A DNA stretch of 62,563 bases, counting the filler. It is 7 parts of 7 records of this genome, joined end to end, with 100 filler letters (N's around TTAATTAATTAA, not from the genome) between each part and the next. Parts side by side here need not be neighbours in the genome. Positions count along the whole stretch, not along the records: positions 45,309 to 52,361 come from SRR15195285_1295; positions 52,462 to 56,266 come from SRR15195285_1296; positions 56,367 to 62,563 come from SRR15195285_1297; 4 more parts are not named here. One strand, 5' to 3'. This document shows positions 48,991 to 59,400 of the stretch, piece by piece. The position numbers and the translations under genes are program-made. The notes beneath the pieces were generated by a model. The model worked only from the letters and a program-made list of their open reading frames with translations, searched no databases and had not been told where the DNA came from. Positions within the stretch are counted from its first letter, which is position 1. Every line of letters begins with the position of its first letter.

Positions 48991-50658
48991 ATGGCACAGC
49001 CGCACGCAACGCAGTTCAGATTGGTCCTTATCAAGCTCATAGCGCTGTCGTTCCCCACATCGGCAGGGTCTGCTGCCGCAATACAGCCGGCAGACGATTC
49101 CAGCCTCTGCTTTTCAGTGAATTCATTTGGCGCGCTGGGCGACGGGTTGCACGACGACACTGCCGCGTTCCAGCAAGCAGCCGACGCTGCAGATGCCGCT
49201 GGCGGCGGCTGCGTGCGTGTGCCACCTGCGGAGCGTGGAGCCGGCTTTGTGCTGACCAACACGGTGACCCTCGCGCCGGGAGTGAAGTTGCTGGGCGACG
49301 TTGGTGGTTTCCCTGAAGTTCCTCACGCCTTTGGACCACCGGGCGACCTAAACACCACTGGCGGAAGCCGCGTTCTGGCACGTGTTACGGCACCCGGCGC
49401 TCCATTGTTCGCCATCACGCAAGGCTGCGGCGTTAAGGGTCTGATGATTTTTTACGACCGTATGCCATCACCCTCCGACGAGCAGTTCCAGGACCTTGAG
49501 AGCGTTTATTACTACCCAAGCTTCGAGGCAGCGCGTGCAGGGTTTCGGAAGGACCACGTGCCAGCGATCGGCCCGACGATCTATGTCACTCACGGAGTGA
49601 GGGTACACATCGAATTCGTCATCGCGTCTGGTTTTGTCGACATGGTCTACTTTGCACAGGGGGGAGGTGAGTCCTCGGTCTCCAATATTCAAGGGTACGG
49701 CTTTGGTGCGCTAGTGACCGTTGAGCAGGCAGCAGACGTCTTTTCCTTCCGAAATATTCGTTACTCTATCAACGCTGGACCAAACCCACTTGGTCAAGAG
49801 CCACCAAAGCAGGCGTGTGAAGTGCAGCATCCTCGTCCTCGGGTTTGTCAGGGTAACTTCACAATTCTTCCTGCAATCATTGCGTTGGACAGCTCTAATG
49901 TAGGGATCTGGCTCGGGCGCGCAGACGGTTACATGGCGAACGAACTGTTCTTTTTTGGAATTAATACCGGAATTCGGCTAGGATTCGCGCCAGGAAACCG
50001 AACACAGCTCAGGAATCCTGTGACAGGCCAGCTTGCTGGCGATCCAAGCGCTCCACCAGGCTCACTCGGCCCAGCGCAAGGTCCTTGGGGGTCCATCAGC
50101 GGACTGCTGGTCGACCAGTGCCAGTACGGAATTCACTTTGTGTGGCCGAACCCTCTGACGAATCGGTTCACGAATATTCAGCTGCACCCGAGTTTCTGGG
50201 GTGGGGAGACTATAAAATTACAAGCTACACCGAGCAATGCCTGCGAAGGTTGCCCAGGCGCGGGAAACAACCTTGCAAAAGTTGGGGATGAGGCAGCTAT
50301 CTTCTTCGACAAGACCCACACCGTCGCCACCGATCGCCGGATCATTCCAACTACGCTGATATCCAACTGCGTCATTGCATCCTTCAATGATTCTACCAAT
50401 TTTGGTCATGCAGGAGCCATGCTTGGGCAGTCAAATGGCAGGGCTTTTCTGTTCGAAGGAGATGGTGGCCTGGTCGAGGTGAGTGGCTTTGCGATGAACA
50501 ACGAGCAAGATGCTTACGCCAACCTCTGGGCGGCTGCGGCAGGCTCCACCACATCCATGCGGGTTTCACATGCTGTACTGAACTACAGCATGGTCGGGGA
50601 CTTTATCATTCGATTGGATGGGAGAGAGAAAAAATGGCCGAGCTCGCCGAGAGGTTAG
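48991..50658 (+). CDS. Secreted right-handed beta-helix protein (pectate_lyase_3 / GH55-like N-terminus)
   Basis: Hydrophobic signal-like N-terminus, then SVNSFGALGDGLHDDTAAFQQAADAADAAGGGCVRVP. Intronless ORF 48967..50658; start at 48967 or 48991. Confidence 0.75.
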   Translation: MAQPHATQFRLVLIKLIALSFPTSAGSAAAIQPADDSSLCFSVNSFGALGDGLHDDTAAFQQAADAADAAGGGCVRVPPAERGAGFVLTNTVTLAPGVKLLGDVGGFPEVPHAFGPPGDLNTTGGSRVLARVTAPGAPLFAITQGCGVKGLMIFYDRMPSPSDEQFQDLESVYYYPSFEAARAGFRKDHVPAIGPTIYVTHGVRVHIEFVIASGFVDMVYFAQGGGESSVSNIQGYGFGALVTVEQAADVFSFRNIRYSINAGPNPLGQEPPKQACEVQHPRPRVCQGNFTILPAIIALDSSNVGIWLGRADGYMANELFFFGINTGIRLGFAPGNRTQLRNPVTGQLAGDPSAPPGSLGPAQGPWGSISGLLVDQCQYGIHFVWPNPLTNRFTNIQLHPSFWGGETIKLQATPSNACEGCPGAGNNLAKVGDEAAIFFDKTHTVATDRRIIPTTLISNCVIASFNDSTNFGHAGAMLGQSNGRAFLFEGDGGLVEVSGFAMNNEQDAYANLWAAAAGSTTSMRVSHAVLNYSMVGDFIIRLDGREKKWPSSPRG

Positions 50659-50807
50659 CCAGTGCGGTGCGGCATGCGTTCTGCCAGCCAGCATCAATTG
50701 AGACGCGTGGTGCCATGCAATCTGCCCTTCCTGGAGATTTCGTACGCGTCGAGGACGCTGCTTTTGATTTGGGCGTGTGATACGATGCGCAGCCGCCAAA
50801 TAATGAT

Positions 50808-52175
50808 TCATTTCTTCTTTTTACCCTTCTTCTTCTTGCCACCAGTGCCTTTCTTCTTCTTTTTCTTTGGTGGCGCGATCGCCGCGCTCTGCGTCTGATG
50901 CAGGATGGCCAACCCGAGGGCACTGCGCAGTTGCACGTTGTGTCCAGACGCCAGCGTTTGTGCCTCTAGCAGCTTTTGGAACCACGACTGCGCGAGTACT
51001 TGCGGGTCGGGCTGGCCTATCCAACCCCAGAGATGCTCTTCTCGACGTGAAAAGTGTTTGGTCTTGCTTTCTGCTTCGGCACGTTCCTTCGCAGCCAGCT
51101 CGGGGTCGATGAGGTCAAACGTCCCCTGCTTCTCCTTGTAGACCAGTGCGAGCTTACAATTTGAGCCCACCGACTGCGCGCTCAGCGGTTTATCTTCTGC
51201 TAGCACAAACGGCCCCCGTACCAGTCGCGCGAAGCACGGCTTTGCAAGGAACTGTCCTGCGCGCAGCCTGTCGAACGGCTTTCCTGGTGGCGGCTCGTTC
51301 CGCATGCGATTTATCAGCTGGCGCGGGGTCATGCCTGTGGCTACCTCAACAAACGCAGTGCAATGCTCGCGGTGCACCATCACCATAAATGACTTGTCAA
51401 ACGGATGGCCCAGCCTACTGAGCAGCGGCTCGCGTGCCTCCGCCGCAAACTGCCAGCGCGTGCTCATGGTGCGGTTTGAAAACTCGTCAGTGATTTGCCC
51501 GTGCCGCGAGCGAGATGACGGCGAGATGTGACTGTTCCGCCGCTTGAAAAACTGCGCGGTCGTGGTCTTCGGGGGCGTTGGCAAGTACATCAGTCCACGA
51601 AATGTTGCGGAAGTGTCGACAAGGTGGGATTCCTTGTCCTCGGCTCCTCTGCTACCATCGTCCAGCGACGAGTTCGCGATTATGAGCTCGATGAGCTCTA
51701 GCTTCGGATCGGTTGATGAGGAGATGACGCTTTCTACCTCGCCGAGATCGAGGGGCAGCCGCTCAGCGCGCGTGCGAAGCTGCTCGAGCTCGAATGCTTC
51801 CAACCGCGCGCGCAGCCGTGATGGCGCACTGTTGCTAGGTGCCTCAGCCTGCTGCTTCGGCTCGGATTGCACGAACTGCGACCGAGTCGCCAAGAGCCGC
51901 CCGGCGGAATGCGTGGCTGCCAGGTTGTGGTACATGTCTTGCACGTGAATAGGCTTGTAGCTGGTCAAGTAGCTGCTTTCATGGCTGTGCTTTGTTGGCA
52001 AGGCGTATGGACTGTTCGTCCGCCCTTCTCGCGCGCTCCAGAACCGGTCGTACTCGACCGGCCGCGGCGTTCGAAACGCCGGCATATATTCCCGCCGCAG
52101 CAGCTGCTCCCGACGCTCCCTCTCCCGAGCCTCCACCTCCTCCGGCGAAACGCTCAGCGGCTGCACCGCCGCCAT
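50808..52175 (-). CDS. Hypothetical protein with short helical motif, possible ubiquitin-like domain and Lys-rich tail
   Basis: ORF 50808..52322, probable ATG 52175 (MAAVQPLSV). FMVMVH...FVEV...RLVRGPFVLAEDKPLSAQSVGSNCKLALV resembles a beta-grasp fold. Confidence 0.55.
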   Translation of the reverse strand: MAAVQPLSVSPEEVEARERERREQLLRREYMPAFRTPRPVEYDRFWSAREGRTNSPYALPTKHSHESSYLTSYKPIHVQDMYHNLAATHSAGRLLATRSQFVQSEPKQQAEAPSNSAPSRLRARLEAFELEQLRTRAERLPLDLGEVESVISSSTDPKLELIELIIANSSLDDGSRGAEDKESHLVDTSATFRGLMYLPTPPKTTTAQFFKRRNSHISPSSRSRHGQITDEFSNRTMSTRWQFAAEAREPLLSRLGHPFDKSFMVMVHREHCTAFVEVATGMTPRQLINRMRNEPPPGKPFDRLRAGQFLAKPCFARLVRGPFVLAEDKPLSAQSVGSNCKLALVYKEKQGTFDLIDPELAAKERAEAESKTKHFSRREEHLWGWIGQPDPQVLAQSWFQKLLEAQTLASGHNVQLRSALGLAILHQTQSAAIAPPKKKKKKGTGGKKKKGKKKK

Positions 52176-52361
52176 CCTCCCCTGCCGTGCGAAGCCCGCC
52201 TGCTCGCAGCTCAGGTCATACGCGCTCGACGGCAGCCCATCGGCGGCACCACGAGCGTGGCATGGGCGGTACCGGTACCGTCCGTCTGGTACCGCCGTAC
52301 GTATCCCAGTCCTTCGACCCACGATGTTTGGAGGTCGAGATCGAGACCCCCGGGGGGTCTC

Positions 52362-52461
52362 NNNNNNNNNNNNNNNNNNNNNNNNNNNNNNNNNNNNNNN
52401 NNNNNTTAATTAATTAANNNNNNNNNNNNNNNNNNNNNNNNNNNNNNNNNNNNNNNNNNNN
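52362..52461. other. Artificial contig linker
   Basis: 44 N + TTAATTAATTAA + 44 N. Confidence 0.97.
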
Positions 52462-52547
52462 ACAGATATAAACGCCCTGCGGGCTGCGTGTACCATATAG
52501 CCGGCGCGCGCCAGCGGTCAGTGCGCGTCTCTCTGGAGCGGCACGCA

Positions 52548-54581
52548 ATGCCGGTGCTGCTGTTCTACTGGTACTGCGACGTGGCCGATCCACCCTCACT
52601 GGTCGAGCAGCAGCGTGCGCTCTGCGAATCGCTCGGGCTGACGGGGCGGGTGCGCATCGCCAGTGAGGGCATCAACGCGACTCTGGGAGGCAGCAACGCG
52701 AGCTGCGCGGAGTACGAGCGAGCGCTGACCGCGGACGAGCGCTTCGTGGGCGTTGATATCAAGCGCAGCGAGGGTGGTAGCGAAGACTTCGAAGGGTTGA
52801 TTGTTAAGCAGAGCAAGGAGATCGTCACGTTGGGCATCGCACCGGATGCGCTCAGCTTCAAGGACGGCGGAACGCACCTGTCTCCAGCTGAGTTCCGCCA
52901 GCAGTTGCTTGAGCACCACGACAGCAAACGAGGCAACAGCAATGGTGCGGCGGTAGTAATCGACTGTCGAAACGCCTACGAATCACGGATTGGCTGCTTC
53001 GACGGCGCTTTGAGGCCGCCGACACGCCAGTTTAGCGACTTTCCAGCGTGGTGCCGTGAGAACCGAAGCGCGCTGGAAGGTCGGCGAATACTCATGTACT
53101 GCACGGGTGGTATCCGCTGCGAACGGGCGTCAGCCTACCTACTTGGATCCGATGTCGAAGCAGCCACGGTTGGCCAGCTACACGGGGGTATTCACCGATT
53201 CCTAGAAGAGTGGCCGGACGGTGGCGATGTGTGGAAGGGTAAGAATCTGGTGTTTGACAAGCGGACGGCTATAGGCACAACTCCCCCCTCGCGAGTCCCA
53301 CACGCCATGTGCGACTTGTGCGACGCGAAGGACTGTGACGACTACTCCGCTGGGGCTCGCTGTCGCTATTGTAGGGCCCGGCTGCTGGTATGCCCCAGTT
53401 GCACTGTGGCGCTGCAGTCTGGCTCTGATTCTGAGGCAGCAACAGCATCATCCGCGGACGGAGCGCTGTGTCGAGAATGTCTTAGCAGTGCTGCCAGAGG
53501 TGAGCTCACGAAACGAGCAGCGAGAACTCGAGATTGTTGGCCGCATTTGCGTGAAGCTGGCCTCGGACCACCAGCCACTTGCGCTGACACAAAGGTACCA
53601 ACAACTGCTGCTGATGACGATACAAGGCACAAGAGTAGAACTAAAAGAGGCAAGAAGAAAGGGCCGAAGCCAGGCGGGAGACGGAAAATTCGTCTTAAAT
53701 ACTTACGGGCTATGAGTAGCTTGCTGGAGCAGCCGGATCTTTGCAATGGTCAGACTGGCGCGCCTGAGGCGACACAGCAACGACAAGATCAGCAGGATCT
53801 ACACAAAGAGCAAGTGGTGGCGCCGTGGCCCCAGTTGTCGGGTGTGGACACGGTGGATAGTGCGTTGCTGTGCTTCTTCTTACTCCAGCCCGGTCGTCCT
53901 AAGTTGGATGCGAACGACGCTGTATCGCGTGCCGCTTGGCTTGCAATTCTAGACCCCGGCCGCTGGTCATTCCAAACTCTCAACAACACCATCCAGCCGG
54001 AGGAGATTTCCTGCGCTGCAGAGCCAGAACCAGAAGCAGAGCACCCACTGGAGGCAAGGCCAGAAGACGCCCTGGATCATTTTGCTGCCACAGCCACCCC
54101 GAGCAGTGGCTGTGCATTGCTGATGTGGCGCAAAAGGTTGGCAGTGCAGTTGGCAGAGGTAGAACTGGAAACGGAGGATGAGGATGACAAAACAAAGACC
54201 CAAGATCAAGCACGAAGAATGGACGTTGGCGCGCACGAATCTGACGTGCCAGAACCAGTGGAGACGGTCCCTGCACGCGTGCTCGAAGGAGGAGCGGCGT
54301 GTCTGGCAATGTGGAAAGAGAGCGACGGTCGAACCATCCATCGATTGTACCCTGCAGCAAACGATGAGGTCGATGGGCCTTTGCTCGGACTTGAGGCGGC
54401 GCGCAAGCTGGTGCAATCGTTGCGAGAAGAATGGGACAACCCAAGACGGAAAGGGATTGCAACCACCACCAGGTCCAGATTTCATTCTTTCGTCGGGGAG
54501 CGTTACGACGGTGGCAGCTCAGCGTGTCCCAAACATCAGGTGCAACGGCTGATGCGTGAAATTCGAAAGCAGCGGTATTGA
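52548..54581 (+). CDS. TrhO/TSTD2-like (UPF0176) rhodanese-domain protein with long C-terminal extension
   Basis: VLLFYWY, LTGRVRIASEGINATLGG, KEIVTLG, HLSPAEF, IDCRNAYESRIGCF, ILMYCTGGIRCERAS, QLHGGIHRFLE, WKGKNLVFDKR, followed by a Cys-rich segment. Confidence 0.88.
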   Translation: MPVLLFYWYCDVADPPSLVEQQRALCESLGLTGRVRIASEGINATLGGSNASCAEYERALTADERFVGVDIKRSEGGSEDFEGLIVKQSKEIVTLGIAPDALSFKDGGTHLSPAEFRQQLLEHHDSKRGNSNGAAVVIDCRNAYESRIGCFDGALRPPTRQFSDFPAWCRENRSALEGRRILMYCTGGIRCERASAYLLGSDVEAATVGQLHGGIHRFLEEWPDGGDVWKGKNLVFDKRTAIGTTPPSRVPHAMCDLCDAKDCDDYSAGARCRYCRARLLVCPSCTVALQSGSDSEAATASSADGALCRECLSSAARGELTKRAARTRDCWPHLREAGLGPPATCADTKVPTTAADDDTRHKSRTKRGKKKGPKPGGRRKIRLKYLRAMSSLLEQPDLCNGQTGAPEATQQRQDQQDLHKEQVVAPWPQLSGVDTVDSALLCFFLLQPGRPKLDANDAVSRAAWLAILDPGRWSFQTLNNTIQPEEISCAAEPEPEAEHPLEARPEDALDHFAATATPSSGCALLMWRKRLAVQLAEVELETEDEDDKTKTQDQARRMDVGAHESDVPEPVETVPARVLEGGAACLAMWKESDGRTIHRLYPAANDEVDGPLLGLEAARKLVQSLREEWDNPRRKGIATTTRSRFHSFVGERYDGGSSACPKHQVQRLMREIRKQRY

Positions 54582-55259
54582 GATCCAGCCTTACCCTGGC
54601 ACTGGAAGGCGATTGAGAGCTCTAGCTCCGGAATTGTACACAAGGATAGAGAGTAGCAGCGCCTTTGGCACTACAGGTCAAACTTGGTCCAGCCGACTCG
54701 GGGCCCGATCGGGGCCCGATTGAATATTGACTTTTCTGGAACACACTTTCAAGAAGTACATACAATTCCCAGTCACAATCCCTTCGCGCGGATTGATTGC
54801 CTACTGCCTGCTTACGCTAGCGCCAGCCGTTTTTCTCCATTACTTCTACATAATTTCTAGCGTAAATTCTCCGAACCTAGAAGGGGGACTTGACAAAACT
54901 CCATTTGGGCGCCAGGCTGGGCCTGAGAACGGCCAATACACGAGGGCCTACCGAAATCGTACAAGCGAATCTAGGTGCTCTTAATTTTTGTGTGTGGACT
55001 GTTGTGAATTCAATGAGTTCCTACTCAAGTATCAGGGCTATCTACTGCTGCGGCAAGGCGCCTGCAGCCGGCAGGCTCTTCTACAGAGAACAGCAGAGAC
55101 CAGAACCGTTGGCAGCGACACTGCCACGCTGGCCGTGTGAACTGGACAGTAGCCGAAATTTAAACGCACTACATGCAAAAATTGATTAGAAGCAAAGGCA
55201 TTCGTCAGCCACAAAGACCTCGTTGGCCTGCGCTGAACAACACGCGCGGCGTGAACGCA

Positions 55260-56201
55260 TCATTCGATCGTCATGACGAAAGGCGGGGTTGGTAGATGTC
55301 CGTTCGGGCCGAGAAAGGACTTCCCGCTGTACACAGTAGGCGTCGGCCAATCTGCAAATAGGTAGCGCAGGGTCATTCCGGCCACGGCATCGGGTGTGTC
55401 CAACACCAGGGCTTTGCCTGTCGTATGAATAGTCAGGCCCGCAACTGAAATGCACGTATAGCCTTTGCTCTCCTCTCTACCTCTCCTCTCTGAACCGAAT
55501 TCAAAGCCACTCAGACATCCACACTGCGATGCTGGGACCGTGTCGTTCACTGGATTGCCGGTGACCTGCAGGCACATGCAATATACGTGAAACCCAGGCC
55601 AAGCAGAGGCTACCACCAGCACAGGCATCTGACACAATGTCATAGTGAGGAGGAGGAGACGTCATCCAAGTGAGTACATAGTCATGTGTGGGTGCTCTCG
55701 ACTATGCAATCCAAGGAGACTCTCACTTGCTTCTCGCCCAATGGGCACGTCTGGCGCACAGCACCACTTGTGCGGAGCAGCAGGCCACCACTAACCGTTC
55801 GTGGCTCAAAGCTCAACATGATCTTACCACCCGTCAGCGCTGCAGCCCGGATCGGTTCGGGCCCTGTCGAAACGACAGAACGCTCGCCATAGGCATGCTC
55901 TCGAGCGGACAGCATCAGCCGCTTTCCAACGGGTGTTTTGTCCATCGGATGCTGCGCCACAGCATCGTACGATTTCTCAATCATGCCAGGATCTTTTATC
56001 AATGGAACTGAAGATGATCCGGCAGATTGTAGTGGTTTGGAATTGGCGGGATTCAGGCACAACGTACTATGGATCCGTAATGCCCGAAGAGATAGCCATG
56101 GTCGACTAAAGACGTCTGCCAATTGGAACGAAAGGACACATTCCCCGCTTCACGTTGTGCGAGCCTCACGAGTGGTAAAGATGTGTCAATCTTGCCATCA
56201 T
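55260..56201 (-). CDS. Sialate O-acetylesterase (SASA/SIAE-like), C-terminal part, 5' truncated
   Basis: Exons 56201..56068, 55951..55727 and 55565..55260 splice to LPLVRLAQ...LVDHG...GSI|HPMDKTPVGKRLMLSAREHAYG...STGP...LRYLFADWP..TVYS...LPTPPF. This matches the SIAE C-terminal pattern IHP.DK..VG.RL...AYG / RY...WP...LP..PF. Confidence 0.8.
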
Positions 56202-56238
56202 CTATCATTGCTCACAGATCGGTATGTGTCACAAACGC

Positions 56239-56266
56239 CAGCAGCAACAGCAGCAGCAGCAGCAGC
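56239..56266. repeat. (GCA)n microsatellite at contig end
   Basis: Directly visible. Confidence 0.8.
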
Positions 56267-56366
56267 NNNNNNNNNNNNNNNNNNNNNNNNNNNNNNNNNN
56301 NNNNNNNNNNTTAATTAATTAANNNNNNNNNNNNNNNNNNNNNNNNNNNNNNNNNNNNNNNNNNNN
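56267..56366. other. Artificial contig linker
   Basis: 44 N + TTAATTAATTAA + 44 N. Confidence 0.97.
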
Positions 56367-56396
56367 TCTCTCTCTCGCTCTCTCTCTCTCTCTCTC
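56367..56396. repeat. (CT)n microsatellite at contig start
   Basis: Directly visible. Confidence 0.8.
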
Positions 56397-56479
56397 GCCT
56401 CGCCTCTCTCTTCATCTCTCGGAGGAACCTGTCCGGGCCGGCTCGCAACAGGAAGCGCGGTACTCAGAGAGAACGAGCC

Positions 56480-59400
56480 ATGGCCCAAGCGCCGCCCGAA
56501 GGGTGGTGCACAAAGGAGGGCGCGGGCGGCGAGGGGACGATGTGGGGATGGTGGAACGGCGTGAAGGTCTGGGGACAGCGCTACGCCAAGATCGATGGCC
56601 AAAGTCTGCTTTTCTACAAGAGTGCTGACAAGAACCCCGACACCCTAAGCAGAACTTCGATTCAGGACGTGGAAGGCTGTACTCTCGTTCGAGGCACGCA
56701 CATCGCCAGTCTGGTCGGCGGCGTGCTCGATGCCGTCGGGATGTCCGCCAGCACCGAGATGTACAAAATCGAACTCACCAGATCTGGCCTCGCGGCACAC
56801 GGGTTCCCCGACCTGCGCGGTGACGACCACACTACGAGATTTTGCTTCGAAGAGAAGGCCGAACGCGATCGCTGGGCGGACGCGCTGGAAAACATGATTG
56901 TCGGACGAGCGTGGAACGAGACGGGCATCACCGATGTGCCGACTGGATCCAGTTCCTCGTCGCTCTCCACAGCGCCCAAAGCTACGACGGTGCCACGCAT
57001 TGCACAGATGTTCACTCTGTCACGTACTGCCCAGGGCTTCGGGATGGACCTCAGCCCGGAAGGGGTAGTCCTTGACTTCGTCGAGGGCGGTCCCGCGCAG
57101 CCTGCTGGCGTACCAGTAGGCGGAAAAATCGTGCAGGTCAATGGCGTGCCAGTGCAATCGAAAAAGGGCGTCAAGGCGCAGCTGACGGTCTGTGACACTC
57201 AGTCTGAGATAGAATTCTTCGTGCTGCTTCCTGGAGAGGACTCGGAGATAGTGAAGGTCCTCTTCGACATGCTCGATCTTGACGGCGACGGGCGTCTGAG
57301 CAACGCGGACTACGCGGAGTTCGTCAGGCACACCGAGGGTACCGTGCTGGACGACACTCGCTGGAGACTAGACACACAGGCACTCGGCTGCAGCCACGAT
57401 GGCATTGACTTCCCAGCTTTTGTACGCCTATTTGCAGACACGCGCTTCAAGCACTACGGTCGAGAAGCCGAAGATAAGGTGAAGCTGCTGTGGCAGCCGG
57501 TACGGCTGAAGTGGATGTACGAGGACGGTGCAATCGTGGACCACCCGGTATTTAAGAAGCTTGCGCAGCTAGATCCGGCGTCGATCCGATGGACGCCAGG
57601 TGACGCAAGTCAGACTGTGAAATCATTGGCGGAGGCCGAGAAAGACCGCATGGTGCTAATACGGGTGCTGATGAGCCACGGCCTGCAGCACGGACGGCTT
57701 ACGCGGAAAGGACTAATTTCTTCCTCGAAGTGGTTTGTGCTACGCGAGGGCATACACGCTGGTACATACGACCTGTGCTTCTTTAGCTCCGAAGACAGTG
57801 ACAGTGACCCTGAAGAGGCGATTCAACTATGGGCGCCAAGTAACGCAAGCCAGCAATTGGCGACTGAAGGTGACCCTGGCGAATTTACAGTCGAGGGCTA
57901 CGATCGCAACTGGAGCAAAGAGACATGGTCGCTGAAAGCCGAGACGGCGGAGGACCAGCGGTCGTGGTTGGCTGCAATCAACGGTCTTCAGTTTGGCACT
58001 TTTGTACGCATCGAGTCGCGTACTATCGTAAAGGAGAACGCAGATGCAGCGCTCGCGTGGGTGGAGGAACTGTATCAAGGTGAGCAGCTGCTACGCCTGG
58101 TGCAAGCCATTGACAGCAGCATGGACCGAGGCAGCTTTGAACTTGCTGGTGGTCTACTCCGCACCCTAGGCAACATCATTGCTGTTGCACCACATCTGGT
58201 GAAGGTCAAGGAGCTGTACGAAGCGAAGAAGCTTGTTGTGCAGGGGCCACTCACGTCGTTGCTCCAAGAAGCACAGGAGTTGCTGGACGAAGAGTGCCAG
58301 CGATCAAACGACGCTGGCAGCCACGACACCTGTATCACAGTGCGACAGCTCAAAGACAAACTGAGCGGCTTCCATGCTATCGAACGCGCGTTGGGTGAGA
58401 ACCTTGTCGGAGCTGCACGTGCTGCACAAGAGTCTATCTATCGCGATCTAAAGGAGAAGATCCAGCACCACTGGTTCCAGATGCTGCTGGCAGCAAGCCG
58501 TTCTGACACCGATACATCAACGAAAGTGTCGTTGCTGGAGCGTGCCGAGCACGTTGCCAGCCTTTACCCGCAATACTTCCCAAAGGATAGCAGTGACCCC
58601 GCCACAGACATTGATGCTGCGTGGAAGCAGTTATCAACATCTGCGGTGAAATTGTACGAAGATTGCCTGCAGCTGACTGAAGCAGTAGTCTCACCGCTTG
58701 CAGCTTTAACCAGAACTCAAAGCAGTAAAGTCGAAGACGGCGTAGGCTTGCTGGCACAAAAAATGGCGTCGCTGAACAGCTATCACAAAGCGTTGTCACC
58801 AAAACAGCCAACCGCTGAGGAAGGTGTGCCACCACAGCCGGAGCCAGAGCCCGAGCCGGAGCCGGAGTCAGATGATTCAGGCACACGACCACTTAGGTCG
58901 GACGACGCAGCACAGGTCGCCCCTTCTGCAAACAAAGCAATGGAGCTGCACAAACTGGTATCGGCACAAATATCACAGCTAAGCGATCGCTTGGGGGCAA
59001 TTTGCGACCAACTGGACCAACCTGTAGTCCTCACGACGCAGGAGGAGTGCGAAGCATTCGCTCGCACGGTAGAGACGCTATGTTACTACGGCACAGCTGT
59101 AGATCACTTTGCCAAAGGTCGTTTTACGAAGACTCGGGACTCACAAATGGAGCACGCCAACGGTGCCGTAGAGCAGCTGTTTCAACAGTTTCATGGTGCG
59201 ATACAAGGAGGAGATCCGGCACAAGTGGACCAAACTATGGACACCCTAGAACAAATCGAGGCCAGCGTGCCACCGCTGGCAGCAATGATTAACCAGAAGA
59301 TGCCTGGCTTGCGCGAACTGCAGGCTAGCCAGACGGACAACCTAGTGCAGAAGGCTAAAGATCTCTATCAATGTGGAAATTGGGATGGCCTGTCTCAGTT

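Noticed and set aside
54698-54719. Tandem TCGGGGCCCGA x2
   Set aside because: Single short duplication with no other copy seen and no supporting context.
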